From the NCBI GenBank assembly GCA_963733035.1, contig CAVTBU010000009.1, positions 160,001-224,000 on the forward strand: 64,000 bases of DNA. The letters are read 5' to 3'. The translations under genes were made by a program, and so were the position numbers. How positions within the stretch are numbered: position 1 is the first letter of the stretch; every line of letters begins with the position of its first letter. The stretch comes from Pirellulales bacterium (GTDB lineage: Bacteria > Planctomycetota > Planctomycetia > Pirellulales > PALSA-1355). This document shows positions 50,115 through 59,114 of this stretch, piece after piece. Below the pieces are notes generated by a model that was not told where the DNA came from, made no database searches, and saw only the letters and a list, made by a program, of their open reading frames with translations.

Positions 50115-50226
50115 TACCCCCATCGCACACCCGGACTGACACCCTTGTTGCCTTCCCCCAGGAAGCAGTCGCTAGACGACGCTTGTGAAGGTTGCGAAGC
50201 AAACTGACCAACGGAGAAACACCGCG

Positions 50227-50445
50227 ATGACTGAACGACTCGCTAGGTACGAAGAGTTGCTGAAACGGGCTCGCCTAAATGTCCTGCTGCTACGGCGGGA
50301 GATTCTGCGAGTGGAGCGGGCGATGGGCAAAGGACTGCCCCCGCTCGACATAGAGCCTTGGCGTGTAGAGGTTTTGGACATGCGACGGATTGAGAAAGTG
50401 ATTCTGGGCCTAATCGAGTTGGAGAAAAACCGCACGCAGACTTGA
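50227..50445 (+). CDS. Small hypothetical protein
   Basis: 72 codons after a GGAGA RBS; helical and charged. Confidence 0.55.
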   Translation: MTERLARYEELLKRARLNVLLLRREILRVERAMGKGLPPLDIEPWRVEVLDMRRIEKVILGLIELEKNRTQT

Positions 50446-50533
50446 CTTCCTGAATGGGGACATACGATTGTTATTAGCGTATAACCCACTTGGGTGGTTA
50501 GATATCCCCTCATTCATAGGAGAGACTAGCGAG

Positions 50534-51139
50534 ATGGCTATAGACTATTCAAAGTTGATTGGGAAGCGTTCAAAGTTGATCCCCATCGTCCCAACTTCGG
50601 ACCTGTACTTAGCGAACCTGGCAAGAGACTGCGCCGACGGGCACCGCTTCGCCAGAATCTTTAGGGATACATGGCGTCAGATTCCATTGGGGGATCGGCG
50701 GCGAATGGTGAAGCATTGGCACACCGATGAAAGAATGGATTCTGGCTGGTCCCACCCGCGTATATCGCGGAGGATGGAGCGGGAAAGATTTCCCATCTCG
50801 CGTTCTGATTACATTGCGAGTATCCAGCTAATTGCGGGCTGGAATAAAGAATATATCTACCCACACTATCTACCGGACGACGCCGAACATTGCGGTGCGT
50901 TTGTCACTGTCGCCGCAATGGGTCATAAGTTATGGTTCCACGCGCCATCGGTTGCACGGATGCCGGACAATGTTGTGGCGAACTTGATAGCCAAGGGGCT
51001 GGCTCATGTGTATCAGTGGGCGACAGAGCCGGAGCTGTTTGACGATCCAGATGACCCAGGCAACACGGAGTACCTTGAAGGGGACGCCAACCAGAAAGTT
51101 GAGAGTTGGGGCTTTGAACTGTACTCGATTGAGGAATAG
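50534..51139 (+). CDS. Hypothetical protein with degenerate zincin-like motif
   Basis: LIAKGLAHVY...EGDAN..VESWGF; AGGAG RBS. Confidence 0.55.
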   Translation: MAIDYSKLIGKRSKLIPIVPTSDLYLANLARDCADGHRFARIFRDTWRQIPLGDRRRMVKHWHTDERMDSGWSHPRISRRMERERFPISRSDYIASIQLIAGWNKEYIYPHYLPDDAEHCGAFVTVAAMGHKLWFHAPSVARMPDNVVANLIAKGLAHVYQWATEPELFDDPDDPGNTEYLEGDANQKVESWGFELYSIEE

Positions 51140-51165
51140 CTGCACTCCCGAGCTGGATGAATCGA

Positions 51166-51206
51166 CCATCTACAGAATCCAACAACCCACTACGCCTACC
51201 CCTAGC
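51166..51206 (+). repeat. 41-bp direct repeat, copy 1
   Basis: ccatctacagaatccaacaacccactacgcctacccctagc, identical to 58873..58913. Confidence 0.95.
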
Positions 51207-51261
51207 ACTCACGGCTGGCGAATCGCTTCGCTTTATCGTGTTGCAGTCAATGAAGTGCCTG

Positions 51262-52449
51262 TCAGTCTGCATCGCCAAACGCGAGCAGCTCACCGCCTTT
51301 GCTTAGAAACAGCAGTTTCCCATTGGTCATCAAACCTTCGATTCGCTCGCTATCGGAAGCACCGATCTTCCATTTCAATTCGCCGTTGGCTGCGTCTAGC
51401 CCGTAGAGCTGGCCGTACAAGGTGGCAACATATACCAACCCGCCACCGAGAAGAGGCGGATCATAAATCGGCGCACCATGACCTGGAACATAATCGCATT
51501 TGAATTTCCAGATCATCTTGCCAGTTTCTGCGTTGAGTCGATAGACGCTCCCGTTGAGGGATCCAAAAAATACAGCGTCGCCTTGCACGGCGGCAGCGGC
51601 TTCCACCTCGAAGCCGCAATGGAAATCCCATTTAACCAGGCCAGTTTCCCTGTCAAGGCAATACAAACGCCTATCCTTTGAACCGATATACACATACTTT
51701 TCAGTGACAACAGGATTGCCGTAAATCCAACCCTTGGTCTGAAAGGACCATTTTACCTGCGCCGTCTCGCAATTAATGGCAACGATTCGCGACTGATCAA
51801 AGATAGGCTGAAACAAGGTCTTTCCATCGGTGGCCGGCATCCTGGGCCTGGCTCCATCAGCGCCAATTCGGCCTCGCCTAGCATCGAAACCGGGCGGCGA
51901 CGGTGGTGCGTCCTTCAGCAAGTCGACAGTCCACTTGCAAACGCCAGACTTTGCATCAAATGCATAGACTAAGCCGTCTTCCGCCATGAAAACCAACAAA
52001 TCGCCGATCATCACCGGCACGAAACCTTGTGAGCCCGTCTCCCGTGTCCAAACCACGTTGCCGTTGGAGGTGTTAATCGCGACCACGTATTTCTCCGTCA
52101 AAAAGTACGCAACGTCGGCCATGACCAAAGATAATTTCAGTGGCGCTGCGTACGCTGGGCAGTTTGCATACCGTAGCAATGTTCCGTCAGAAGCTCGGCA
52201 TGAGCTCAGCTGCTGGCGATCCACCGAATAAAGGAGGTCGCCAGCAGGAATCACGTTCGTTCCATGCTGTCTCCAGACAACCTTTGGTTCGTGTTCCAAT
52301 TTCAGTCTCGAATCGCAATTCGTTCTGGCTTGGTCCACTTGCAAAATCGCATCCGCGCCATAAAGTAGCGCCCTCGCATCGAGAGTAAATGACAAGGCCA
52401 TGGCAAGAGCCACACTTGTGTAACGTGCGGGCCGCTTAGTGTTCAGCAT
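51262..52449 (-). CDS. PQQ-binding-like (BamB-type) beta-propeller protein
   Basis: Repeated LYxLDxxTGxxxW blades; signal-like N-terminus. Confidence 0.85.
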   Translation of the reverse strand: MLNTKRPARYTSVALAMALSFTLDARALLYGADAILQVDQARTNCDSRLKLEHEPKVVWRQHGTNVIPAGDLLYSVDRQQLSSCRASDGTLLRYANCPAYAAPLKLSLVMADVAYFLTEKYVVAINTSNGNVVWTRETGSQGFVPVMIGDLLVFMAEDGLVYAFDAKSGVCKWTVDLLKDAPPSPPGFDARRGRIGADGARPRMPATDGKTLFQPIFDQSRIVAINCETAQVKWSFQTKGWIYGNPVVTEKYVYIGSKDRRLYCLDRETGLVKWDFHCGFEVEAAAAVQGDAVFFGSLNGSVYRLNAETGKMIWKFKCDYVPGHGAPIYDPPLLGGGLVYVATLYGQLYGLDAANGELKWKIGASDSERIEGLMTNGKLLFLSKGGELLAFGDAD

Positions 52450-52643
52450 GACGATTTTCCCCAAGGTGATTAACGAGCCAAGCGAAGAGAGCTCAGCGAC
52501 AAAAGATCCTGGCAAAGATCACTATAGCGAAGGTGCGCCGAGCGGTAAGTGGGCTGCCTACCCTTGACCGCCAAGCTGCTCCCGAGCGGCAACACCACGG
52601 AGATCAGAAACAGCATTCCGCGGTCTTGCAAATCTCGGGACTC

Positions 52644-52668
52644 ACAACCCACTACGCCCACCTCAATC
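52644..52668 (+). repeat. Degenerate partial copy of the 41-bp repeat
   Basis: acaacccactacgcccacctcaatc vs acaacccactacgcctacccctagc: 15-bp exact core, 21/25 identical. Confidence 0.7.
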
Positions 52669-52700
52669 CAGCTCCTCTCGCACGTTAGTTATAGGGCTCA

Positions 52701-52733
52701 GTAAGTCGAACGCTACATGGCCAAGATTTCCGG
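52701..52733 (+). repeat. att-like site 2 (inverted copy of the comM junction)
   Basis: gtaagtcgaacgctacatggccaagatttccgg; contains the TAG of the recombinase on the minus strand. Confidence 0.9.
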
Positions 52734-54299
52734 GGCGTTGGTGACAGGTTCCTGGTTTCGCATCCAGACGATGCCGCGCTCCAGTCGGTACTTGGACCGC
52801 TTGCCCCAGGGTCGCTTATCCGTGAAGATGTCCACGCGCGAGATTGACCCGCGGAAGAATTGCCGCAGTAGATGTGGATCGGCTTTCGTGGCAGCCTCCC
52901 TGAAGCGTCCAAACCACTCTAGAGCAGCTTCGACCCTCCTGTCTATGTCATCGCCCTTCGTGCGTGAATTGGACGCACAGGACGCCAGACGGGCTTCTGC
53001 AGCCACACGTTGTCGACGCAATCCTCTGATCTGCTCTTGTACGTCGTCAAGCAGATCGGCGTCGACTTCCACCAGACGTTGCTTGGCCTTGGCCAGCTTC
53101 GCCTCGATGGCATCAAGTTCACGACGCAGTGCCTGCGGCTCGGGTTCCCGTTTCAGTTCCTTCAGTTGGCGTCTCATCGAGGATGCCAACTGCGCCAGGG
53201 TCTCGGGGTTGTAGTACCGTTCCTGCAGGCCATCCAGCACGCCGGCAACGATTTCATTCTGGCGTAGGGTGTTGCGGTCGCAGTACGTCTTCCCGTGCTG
53301 GCGGTATCCGTAGCAGGTGTAGTGGTGCTTGCCGTTCGACAAATCGCCGATCATCTTGTGCCCACACTTGCCACAGCGCAGCACTCCCGAGAGTACGAAA
53401 CCACCGCCGCTTGGGTGCGGTGTGGAGCAGTTCCTGCGCTCGGCCAACTGCTGCTGCACCCGGTCGAACGTATCCCGGTCGATAATCGCCTCATGGTGAT
53501 CCTCGAAGACGATCCAGTCGGCCGCGTTGTTCCGTTGCTCGGGGCGGCCCTTCCGCTTGTATTTCGACATGCAGCGCATGTTCCAGATGTAGTCTCCCAC
53601 GTAGACCCGGTTGCGGAGCATTCCAGCGATTCCGTTCGCTGTCCAGCCCTTCCCCTTGGGTGATGGTCGGCCTGAGTTGTTCAGCTCGTCGGCCAGCCCG
53701 CGCAGGCTCTTGGCCGCTAGGTACTCGGTGAAGAGCCAACGAACGAGCGCGACATCCTCTGTTGGCCCCAGCAAGAGTCGCTTATTGACCGCGACGTACC
53801 CCAACGCCGGCTTGCCGGATGCCCACAGGCCCTGCTCTGCGAGGCTAGTCATGCCGCGCGTGACATTCCTCGACAGATCGGTCAGGTATTGGTTCTTAGC
53901 CTCCTGCTGAATGCCGTACAGTACTCGACCAGCGAAGTCCCCCCAATCGATGAACCCTTGGGCGACGGTCGCGAGATGTACGCCAGCCCTGCGCAGTGGA
54001 AAGATCCAGTACCCAGCCTCGAGGGAATCAAATCGCCCGAACCGATCAATATCCCAACACAGGATCGCTTGGAACTTCCGGTGTTGTCCGTCTCTGACCA
54101 TCGCTTGGAATTCACGCCGCTTGTCGGTCGCATCGCCGCTGATTCCCTCGTCGATGTATTCACGAACGATGTGATAGCCGTTGGCCTTGGCGTACTTCTC
54201 GACTGCCGTCCGTTGGTCAGGAATCGAGGTTTCCTGTCGGTCGGTGCTCATGCGGTAGTAGGCCACCGCAGGGATGTAGTTTTCATTCGTCGCAATCAC
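52713..54299 (-). CDS. Large serine recombinase (integrase) 1
   Basis: YYRMST, DEGISG, DRFGR, recombinase domain (GY, LRNRVYVG, HEAII), zinc ribbon CGKCG/YTC/YC, coiled coil. Confidence 0.95.
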   Translation of the reverse strand: MIATNENYIPAVAYYRMSTDRQETSIPDQRTAVEKYAKANGYHIVREYIDEGISGDATDKRREFQAMVRDGQHRKFQAILCWDIDRFGRFDSLEAGYWIFPLRRAGVHLATVAQGFIDWGDFAGRVLYGIQQEAKNQYLTDLSRNVTRGMTSLAEQGLWASGKPALGYVAVNKRLLLGPTEDVALVRWLFTEYLAAKSLRGLADELNNSGRPSPKGKGWTANGIAGMLRNRVYVGDYIWNMRCMSKYKRKGRPEQRNNAADWIVFEDHHEAIIDRDTFDRVQQQLAERRNCSTPHPSGGGFVLSGVLRCGKCGHKMIGDLSNGKHHYTCYGYRQHGKTYCDRNTLRQNEIVAGVLDGLQERYYNPETLAQLASSMRRQLKELKREPEPQALRRELDAIEAKLAKAKQRLVEVDADLLDDVQEQIRGLRRQRVAAEARLASCASNSRTKGDDIDRRVEAALEWFGRFREAATKADPHLLRQFFRGSISRVDIFTDKRPWGKRSKYRLERGIVWMRNQEPVTNAPEILAM

Positions 54300-54381
54300 A
54301 ATCCCGAGCCTCCATGGTTGAGATCAACAGTTGACATTGAGAAAACCAGATCGGCGACAATTCGTCAAGGAAACGCCACCG

Positions 54382-55047
54382 CTAGACCTCTCCCAATCTG
54401 TGGATTGAGTAATCCTCGACCTTATCCCAAAGGATGGTCACTACGCCGTTTTGCGTCATCACCGCAATGCCCGGATCGTTGTAGAGCACGTACCCGGTCG
54501 GCCCCGCGTCGTTATGACCGATGATAACCTTCCACTGCTGGGGAATCGGAACTTTGATGCCTTCAATGCGATGGAGTTCAATAAACCGTCCACTGTTTCG
54601 CAATTCGATGCACGCCTCAGAGAATTCCTCGAGTTGCGATACAGCCGACTTGGAGAGTTGCTGGTTCACAACTGTTTCTACTAGTCCAAGCGTTAATGCG
54701 CGACTCACGACGGACGTGAACGATCCAATAAAGAAGAGCCCGCTGCTGAAACCCTTGAACTTGGCTTCGATTTGCCGCTGGATGCGTTCAGCGGCACGTA
54801 CAAAGCCAACATCGAACATGAGGATTGCAGAACAGACGTGCTCACGACCGGAAACCATTCGTATTCTGGCCACGATGGGGTCCGGTGGGACGGGCTCAGC
54901 GAGTGGTGGCTCCATGCTACCGCCGACCATTTCGTCGGTAAGGCGGACAGGCTGTTTGCACGACGGACATGACACGACCCGGCCGACTAGTCTCTGGTCA
55001 TACTTAATGCGTCGGCCACACATGGGACAATTCGTTGTGGCACTCAT
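54382..55047 (-). CDS. Hypothetical protein with N-terminal zinc ribbon
   Basis: CPMC...CPSC, Pro-rich linker, unknown C-terminal domain. Confidence 0.65.
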   Translation of the reverse strand: MSATTNCPMCGRRIKYDQRLVGRVVSCPSCKQPVRLTDEMVGGSMEPPLAEPVPPDPIVARIRMVSGREHVCSAILMFDVGFVRAAERIQRQIEAKFKGFSSGLFFIGSFTSVVSRALTLGLVETVVNQQLSKSAVSQLEEFSEACIELRNSGRFIELHRIEGIKVPIPQQWKVIIGHNDAGPTGYVLYNDPGIAVMTQNGVVTILWDKVEDYSIHRLGEV

Positions 55048-55123
55048 GCACGGCAGCCCTCGCGGCTTGGATTTGGAAATATATCCCCGCCCCCAGTTCG
55101 CCCAGGGGCGGGGTCAGGGACGC

Positions 55124-55384
55124 TCAAGTCTCGTATCCGCCTATCTCCTGCCCAAGACCATGTCCTGCAGGATCGGCCATGATGTCCGCAAGGGTTGCGG
55201 CCCAGCCGCCGTCATCACCGCAACCGCGATTGTAGCCTTCGATGTACGCTTGGGCTTCGAGCGCGTTGTCCGCGATGTGGAGCAACGTCGGGGCAACATC
55301 CGGCCAGCACACAAAGATGGGCACGGGTGCCTCGCGACGGTTCGGGTCACCAAGGGTCAGATCGTCATCGTTCCAACGGACCAT
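55124..55384 (-). CDS. Small hypothetical protein
   Basis: MVRWNDDD... preceded by an AAGGAGG RBS. Confidence 0.5.
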   Translation of the reverse strand: MVRWNDDDLTLGDPNRREAPVPIFVCWPDVAPTLLHIADNALEAQAYIEGYNRGCGDDGGWAATLADIMADPAGHGLGQEIGGYET

Positions 55385-55649
55385 GGCAGCACCTCCTTGC
55401 GCCGCGAGGAGCGCAGCAAAACAGCCACAGGCCCGTTGATCGTTGTCTGGGTGCCGAGACACCCTGCGCAGCCTCACGGTATGCGCACCGGTCAACGGGC
55501 TTGCGGCCATTCTGTCGACTTGACGGCATGGTATTCGACTCTCGGGTTTAGACGCCCACGAATCTAACAATCTGGTCAGCGCGAGACAAGTTAACATAAA
55601 ATGCCGCGAACGTTGTTGGAACCATCCATCGAAGTAGGATAATCCCAAA

Positions 55650-56264
55650 ATGGTGCTTTCGACTGTCGATTGGCTATCCAGTGAATGGGTAATGGTGGCG
55701 ATTGCCCTAATTCAGTTGGCCGCAACTTATTTTGCTTACAAGGTCGCGGGCGAGGCCGCATCCGCAGCCAAGGACTCAGTTACGATCGGCCACCTCACAG
55801 TGGAACAGATGCAACTCGAACGGCGTGCTTGGCTGACTTGCGAAACACCTCAAATCGAGCCATTTGAAATTGGTAAGTCGGTGCGATCCACGGTCAGCAT
55901 CAAAAATGACGGAAACACCCCCGCAGTTGTCAATCGGCAAATCGCTCAGGTGCTGGTGACGGATGCTGGTGGTGATGCGCTCGCAGAAATGGTCAAGACG
56001 GTTGAGCGTGAAATAGAACAATCAATGGCGCGAGAAGATGTCGTGGCACCCAATGCTAAGGTGGTTTTCAAAGGTGATCACGGCCTCCATTTAACGAAGG
56101 AACAGATCGATGCCATTTCTGTCGGCCAATGCGCCGTATACATACTTGTCCGCGTCAAGTACTGCGACATGTTCGGTGTTCGCCATATCACCCAGGGTTG
56201 TTATGTGTACACCCCTAGTGTGAAGCAGGTGTGGGGTTACCATGAGTTCAATTTCATGACTTAG
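55650..56264 (+). CDS. Hypothetical protein, N-terminal membrane anchor
   Basis: TM helix, then RAWL and a beta-rich domain. Confidence 0.65.
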   Translation: MVLSTVDWLSSEWVMVAIALIQLAATYFAYKVAGEAASAAKDSVTIGHLTVEQMQLERRAWLTCETPQIEPFEIGKSVRSTVSIKNDGNTPAVVNRQIAQVLVTDAGGDALAEMVKTVEREIEQSMAREDVVAPNAKVVFKGDHGLHLTKEQIDAISVGQCAVYILVRVKYCDMFGVRHITQGCYVYTPSVKQVWGYHEFNFMT

Positions 56265-56305
56265 CGTCGGTCACGGCAAGCAACCTCAATTGCATTTGGA
56301 GCGAT

Positions 56306-56908
56306 ATGGTGCCACTACCCGATGCGGAATTCTGGCTGAAGACCCTGACTCCTTGGGCTGCGATTGTCGGCGCCGTTACAGGCGCCATAGGCCTAGGGCT
56401 CGGTATCTACAACCTGGTCCTGGCGCGAAAGTCACACAGAGTTAAGGTAGTGATTGAATGCAGTCTAGGCGGGAGCAATGTAGGGAAGGCGGAAGGAGGG
56501 GAGCCGATTCCGCAAGACCGCTGGCTCACGATCAAGATTATCAACTGCAGCTACTTTCCGATTACAGTGGACCGCGTAGGCCTCTCCATTCGGAAGCGGC
56601 GCTTGGCTAGGAGTAAGTTGTTTACGGTTCCACTCCGCAAGGATGTCTTTACCAAGCAATTGCGAATCGAATCTCGAGACGCAACTGAAGTCAAGTTATA
56701 CCTGGGCCGCCGAAGTCGGTTTGAGAAGTCGCGGTCTTTCGAGTATCTCAGCCAGCACACCGAAGAGCAAATTGTCGGTGCATTCGCGCACTTACCCACA
56801 GGTCAGACTTTCGTCGGTGGACGTGAGGATGCGCGAGCGGCATTGCGAGAGATGCGTCAAGTGTTCGAGTATTTCACCGAACATCAACTTCACCACACGA
56901 AGCAGTAG
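56306..56908 (+). CDS. Hypothetical protein, N-terminal membrane anchor
   Basis: WAAIVGAVTGAIGLGLGIYN TM segment, then an IINxSxxPITVDRVG Ig-like pattern. Confidence 0.65.
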   Translation: MVPLPDAEFWLKTLTPWAAIVGAVTGAIGLGLGIYNLVLARKSHRVKVVIECSLGGSNVGKAEGGEPIPQDRWLTIKIINCSYFPITVDRVGLSIRKRRLARSKLFTVPLRKDVFTKQLRIESRDATEVKLYLGRRSRFEKSRSFEYLSQHTEEQIVGAFAHLPTGQTFVGGREDARAALREMRQVFEYFTEHQLHHTKQ

Positions 56909-56912
56909 TCCA

Positions 56913-57830
56913 TCACGAGAACGGCCCCGGGTTCAGCTGGTTCAAGTCCGCGTATGCGAACCGGTTGAACGCCAAGTAGATCGCTGGCTGGCCCTCAGGC
57001 AGGATGGTGCCATCCTCATCGAGGTTGACCGTCATCGGCTCGCCCGTCTTCCGGTCGATGACGCGCTCTGCAGGCAGGCCGGGAAACGGCCGTGCGTAGT
57101 TGCCGTAGTTCAGCGCGGTACCCTTCCAGGTGTTCTCTGCAAACTGCCCCGGGTTGTCCGGGTCTTCCCTCAGCCGGAACCGAATCCGATAGGTGACGTG
57201 CTCGTAGATATCGCCGTTCACGTCCTCCTCGTCGGTTTCGATGTCATACAGCCACGCAGTACCGACCGGTGCGCCGTAGAACTCGGTCGCGCTGATCCGG
57301 TTGTGGAACCCAAGGAACACCGTAGGGTCGAAGGGAAACAGCTCGTAGCGGGTGACCTCGCGAATGTAGTCCCCTGAGGGCCCAGTCACCACAAGCGGCT
57401 CGCCGGCCGCAGTAGCGATGGAGTCTCCGGTCAAGACATCACGGGGCAGCGCCTCGTCGACCGTCTCACACCGCCACTTGCATATCGGCCGCCGGTAGAG
57501 TGGGTTCTCATCCTCGTTCGCGTTGGTGTAGCTGATGTCGTTCGTCAGCTTGGCGGTAACATCCCACAGCAGGCCTGGCAACCCGGTAATCGGGTTGCGG
57601 ATGGGACTCACCTCGCGGGCATCGTGATCCATCACCACCATGCCACGGTACAGCGTGCCGATCTGGGGAACACCGACTGCCCCGCAGATCTGATCGTAGT
57701 CCTCGGTGAGGCTCGAGACGACCTGAAAGGTGCGTGAGGCTTCGCGCTGCTTGTACCACAGCTTGTCCTTCTTCACCAACGCGATCTTGGCCGATTCGGT
57801 TTCGGCTTTCTCGCCAAGGCTAACCGCCAT
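56913..57830 (-). CDS. Hypothetical phage-associated protein
   Basis: 305-aa ORF coupled to the upstream CSD gene, GGAGG RBS; function not recognised. Confidence 0.6.
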   Translation of the reverse strand: MAVSLGEKAETESAKIALVKKDKLWYKQREASRTFQVVSSLTEDYDQICGAVGVPQIGTLYRGMVVMDHDAREVSPIRNPITGLPGLLWDVTAKLTNDISYTNANEDENPLYRRPICKWRCETVDEALPRDVLTGDSIATAAGEPLVVTGPSGDYIREVTRYELFPFDPTVFLGFHNRISATEFYGAPVGTAWLYDIETDEEDVNGDIYEHVTYRIRFRLREDPDNPGQFAENTWKGTALNYGNYARPFPGLPAERVIDRKTGEPMTVNLDEDGTILPEGQPAIYLAFNRFAYADLNQLNPGPFS

Positions 57831-58036
57831 CAGTCGAGCACCTCCACTCGCTCAGCACGCGGGCCACGGCCGGTGTCCTTGCCCAGCTCGAACTCGACGC
57901 GCTTACCGACGAGGTCGCTATTGAGTCTGCACCGGACGAGCGCGGAATGATGAAAGAATACGTCCTTGCTGATGTCCGCGCAGACGATGAAACCGAAACC
58001 GTACAGGTCTTTCACTGCCGAAACCAAACCCGTCAC
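57830..58036 (-). CDS. Cold-shock domain protein
   Basis: YGFGFI (RNP1), DVFFHHSAL (RNP2), VEFE..GRGPRA; GGAGG RBS before GTG 58036. Confidence 0.85.
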   Translation of the reverse strand: MTGLVSAVKDLYGFGFIVCADISKDVFFHHSALVRCRLNSDLVGKRVEFELGKDTGRGPRAERVEVLD

Positions 58037-58154
58037 CGCGATGGCCCTCCGATAGTGTTTCGTGGCGGGCCGCAGTCGCCGAACTACGGACCCGCCGCAC
58101 GGCCGAGGCAACTCAATCAAGCCGTGATTTCCTTGTTAGTTTGCTACGCCTGGT

Positions 58155-58866
58155 TCAGCTGGCGTCACCGCTCGACATGATGGCGAACTGCTCATCGCCC
58201 TGTGCCACGCCGAAGTCGTGGTAGCCACGCCATTGCATGCCCAGGGTGTTGAAGTCGGTCTGGCTGGACTCGATGGTCGGAACCGCGCGGCCGTTCAGGA
58301 GGGCGACCACGATTGCAGAACCAATTGAAGGTTCGGACATCAGGAACCACACAGTGCTGCTCTGGTTGCTGATTCCGCTGCCGTCCGGCTTCTTGATGCC
58401 GGTCACGTCCAGGTACTTGCTCTTCACGGGACGGTAGCGGCCTTGGTAGATGTTCTCGGTGCCGATCTGCGATCCGTTCGCGTCGACCGACAGTAGGGTC
58501 GTCTGTCGATACAGATTCGTCGCGGTGACGATCTGGGCAGTGCCCGTGAGCAGGATGGCTGGATCGGCCATAATCGGCTTTCCTCCTGCACCGGTGAACT
58601 TGCCGAAGGCGATTTCCCCGGCCTCCAGGCCCCCGATCGACAGCACATCATCGATCAGGTTGTTGTTGCCGACCGAGAAGAAACTGCCCGTGTTCGACAG
58701 TAGGGTGTCGTACACCTCCGATTCGATGGCCCAAACAGCACCATCAGCCAGACCGTTGAGCACCTGACGGAAGGCGTCCAGGTCGTCGTTGATGATGTGC
58801 CGGCGGTCGAGCGAAAGCATCCGCCCGCGGGTCTCCGCCTGCACGGTACGCTTCGAGTCCGACAGC
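58155..58866 (-). pseudogene. C-terminal fragment of a Mu-like (gpT / ClpP-fused type) major capsid protein
   Basis: ETRGRMLSLDRRHIINDDLDAF, VALLNGRAVPTIE, DFNTLGMQWRGYHDFGV; the frame is closed by TAG next to the 41-bp repeat. Confidence 0.75.
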
Positions 58867-58872
58867 TATTCT

Positions 58873-58913
58873 CCATCTACAGAATCCAACAACCCACTAC
58901 GCCTACCCCTAGC
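58873..58913 (+). repeat. 41-bp direct repeat, copy 2
   Basis: Identical to 51166..51206; ~200 bp upstream of the resolvase. Confidence 0.95.
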
Positions 58914-59039
58914 CGAAACCGCAGCTGATCCTCGCCCGGATCGTAAAGCGTCAATGTCGCTGCGCTAGCCCCGTCGATTCCCGAGCGTTCTGCCCCTAGC
59001 TGCCCCCTCTGACCGTAACGTTTCGGCTCTAGTCGATAA

Positions 59040-59070
59040 TTTACTACGTGTGTGGTAGAGCGTAGACTAA
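59040..59070 (+). repeat. Dyad-containing repeat upstream of the resolvase
   Basis: tttactacgtgtgtggtagagcgtagactaa, 24/31 identical to 59770..59800; CTAC-N7-GTAG. Confidence 0.65.
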
Positions 59071-59114
59071 GGGTAACGGTACGTATGTTCACTACGATAC
59101 AGGAGGGGCGAACC

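Noticed and set aside
50001..50207. 68-aa acidic ORF (GGEEGEGDEGG)
   Set aside because: A by-product of the GAAG 9-mers; no clear RBS.
52717..53214. ORF starting MAKISGAL as a second comM
   Set aside because: Similarity is limited to the att core; the rest is antisense to the recombinase.
55549..55585. gaatctaacaatc as a further copy of the 41-bp repeat
   Set aside because: Only 11/13 match and the cactacgcc core is missing.
51134..58871. 8-bp inverted match gaatagct / agctattc as inversion breakpoints
   Set aside because: Too short to trust, and undoing the inversion does not restore the capsid gene.
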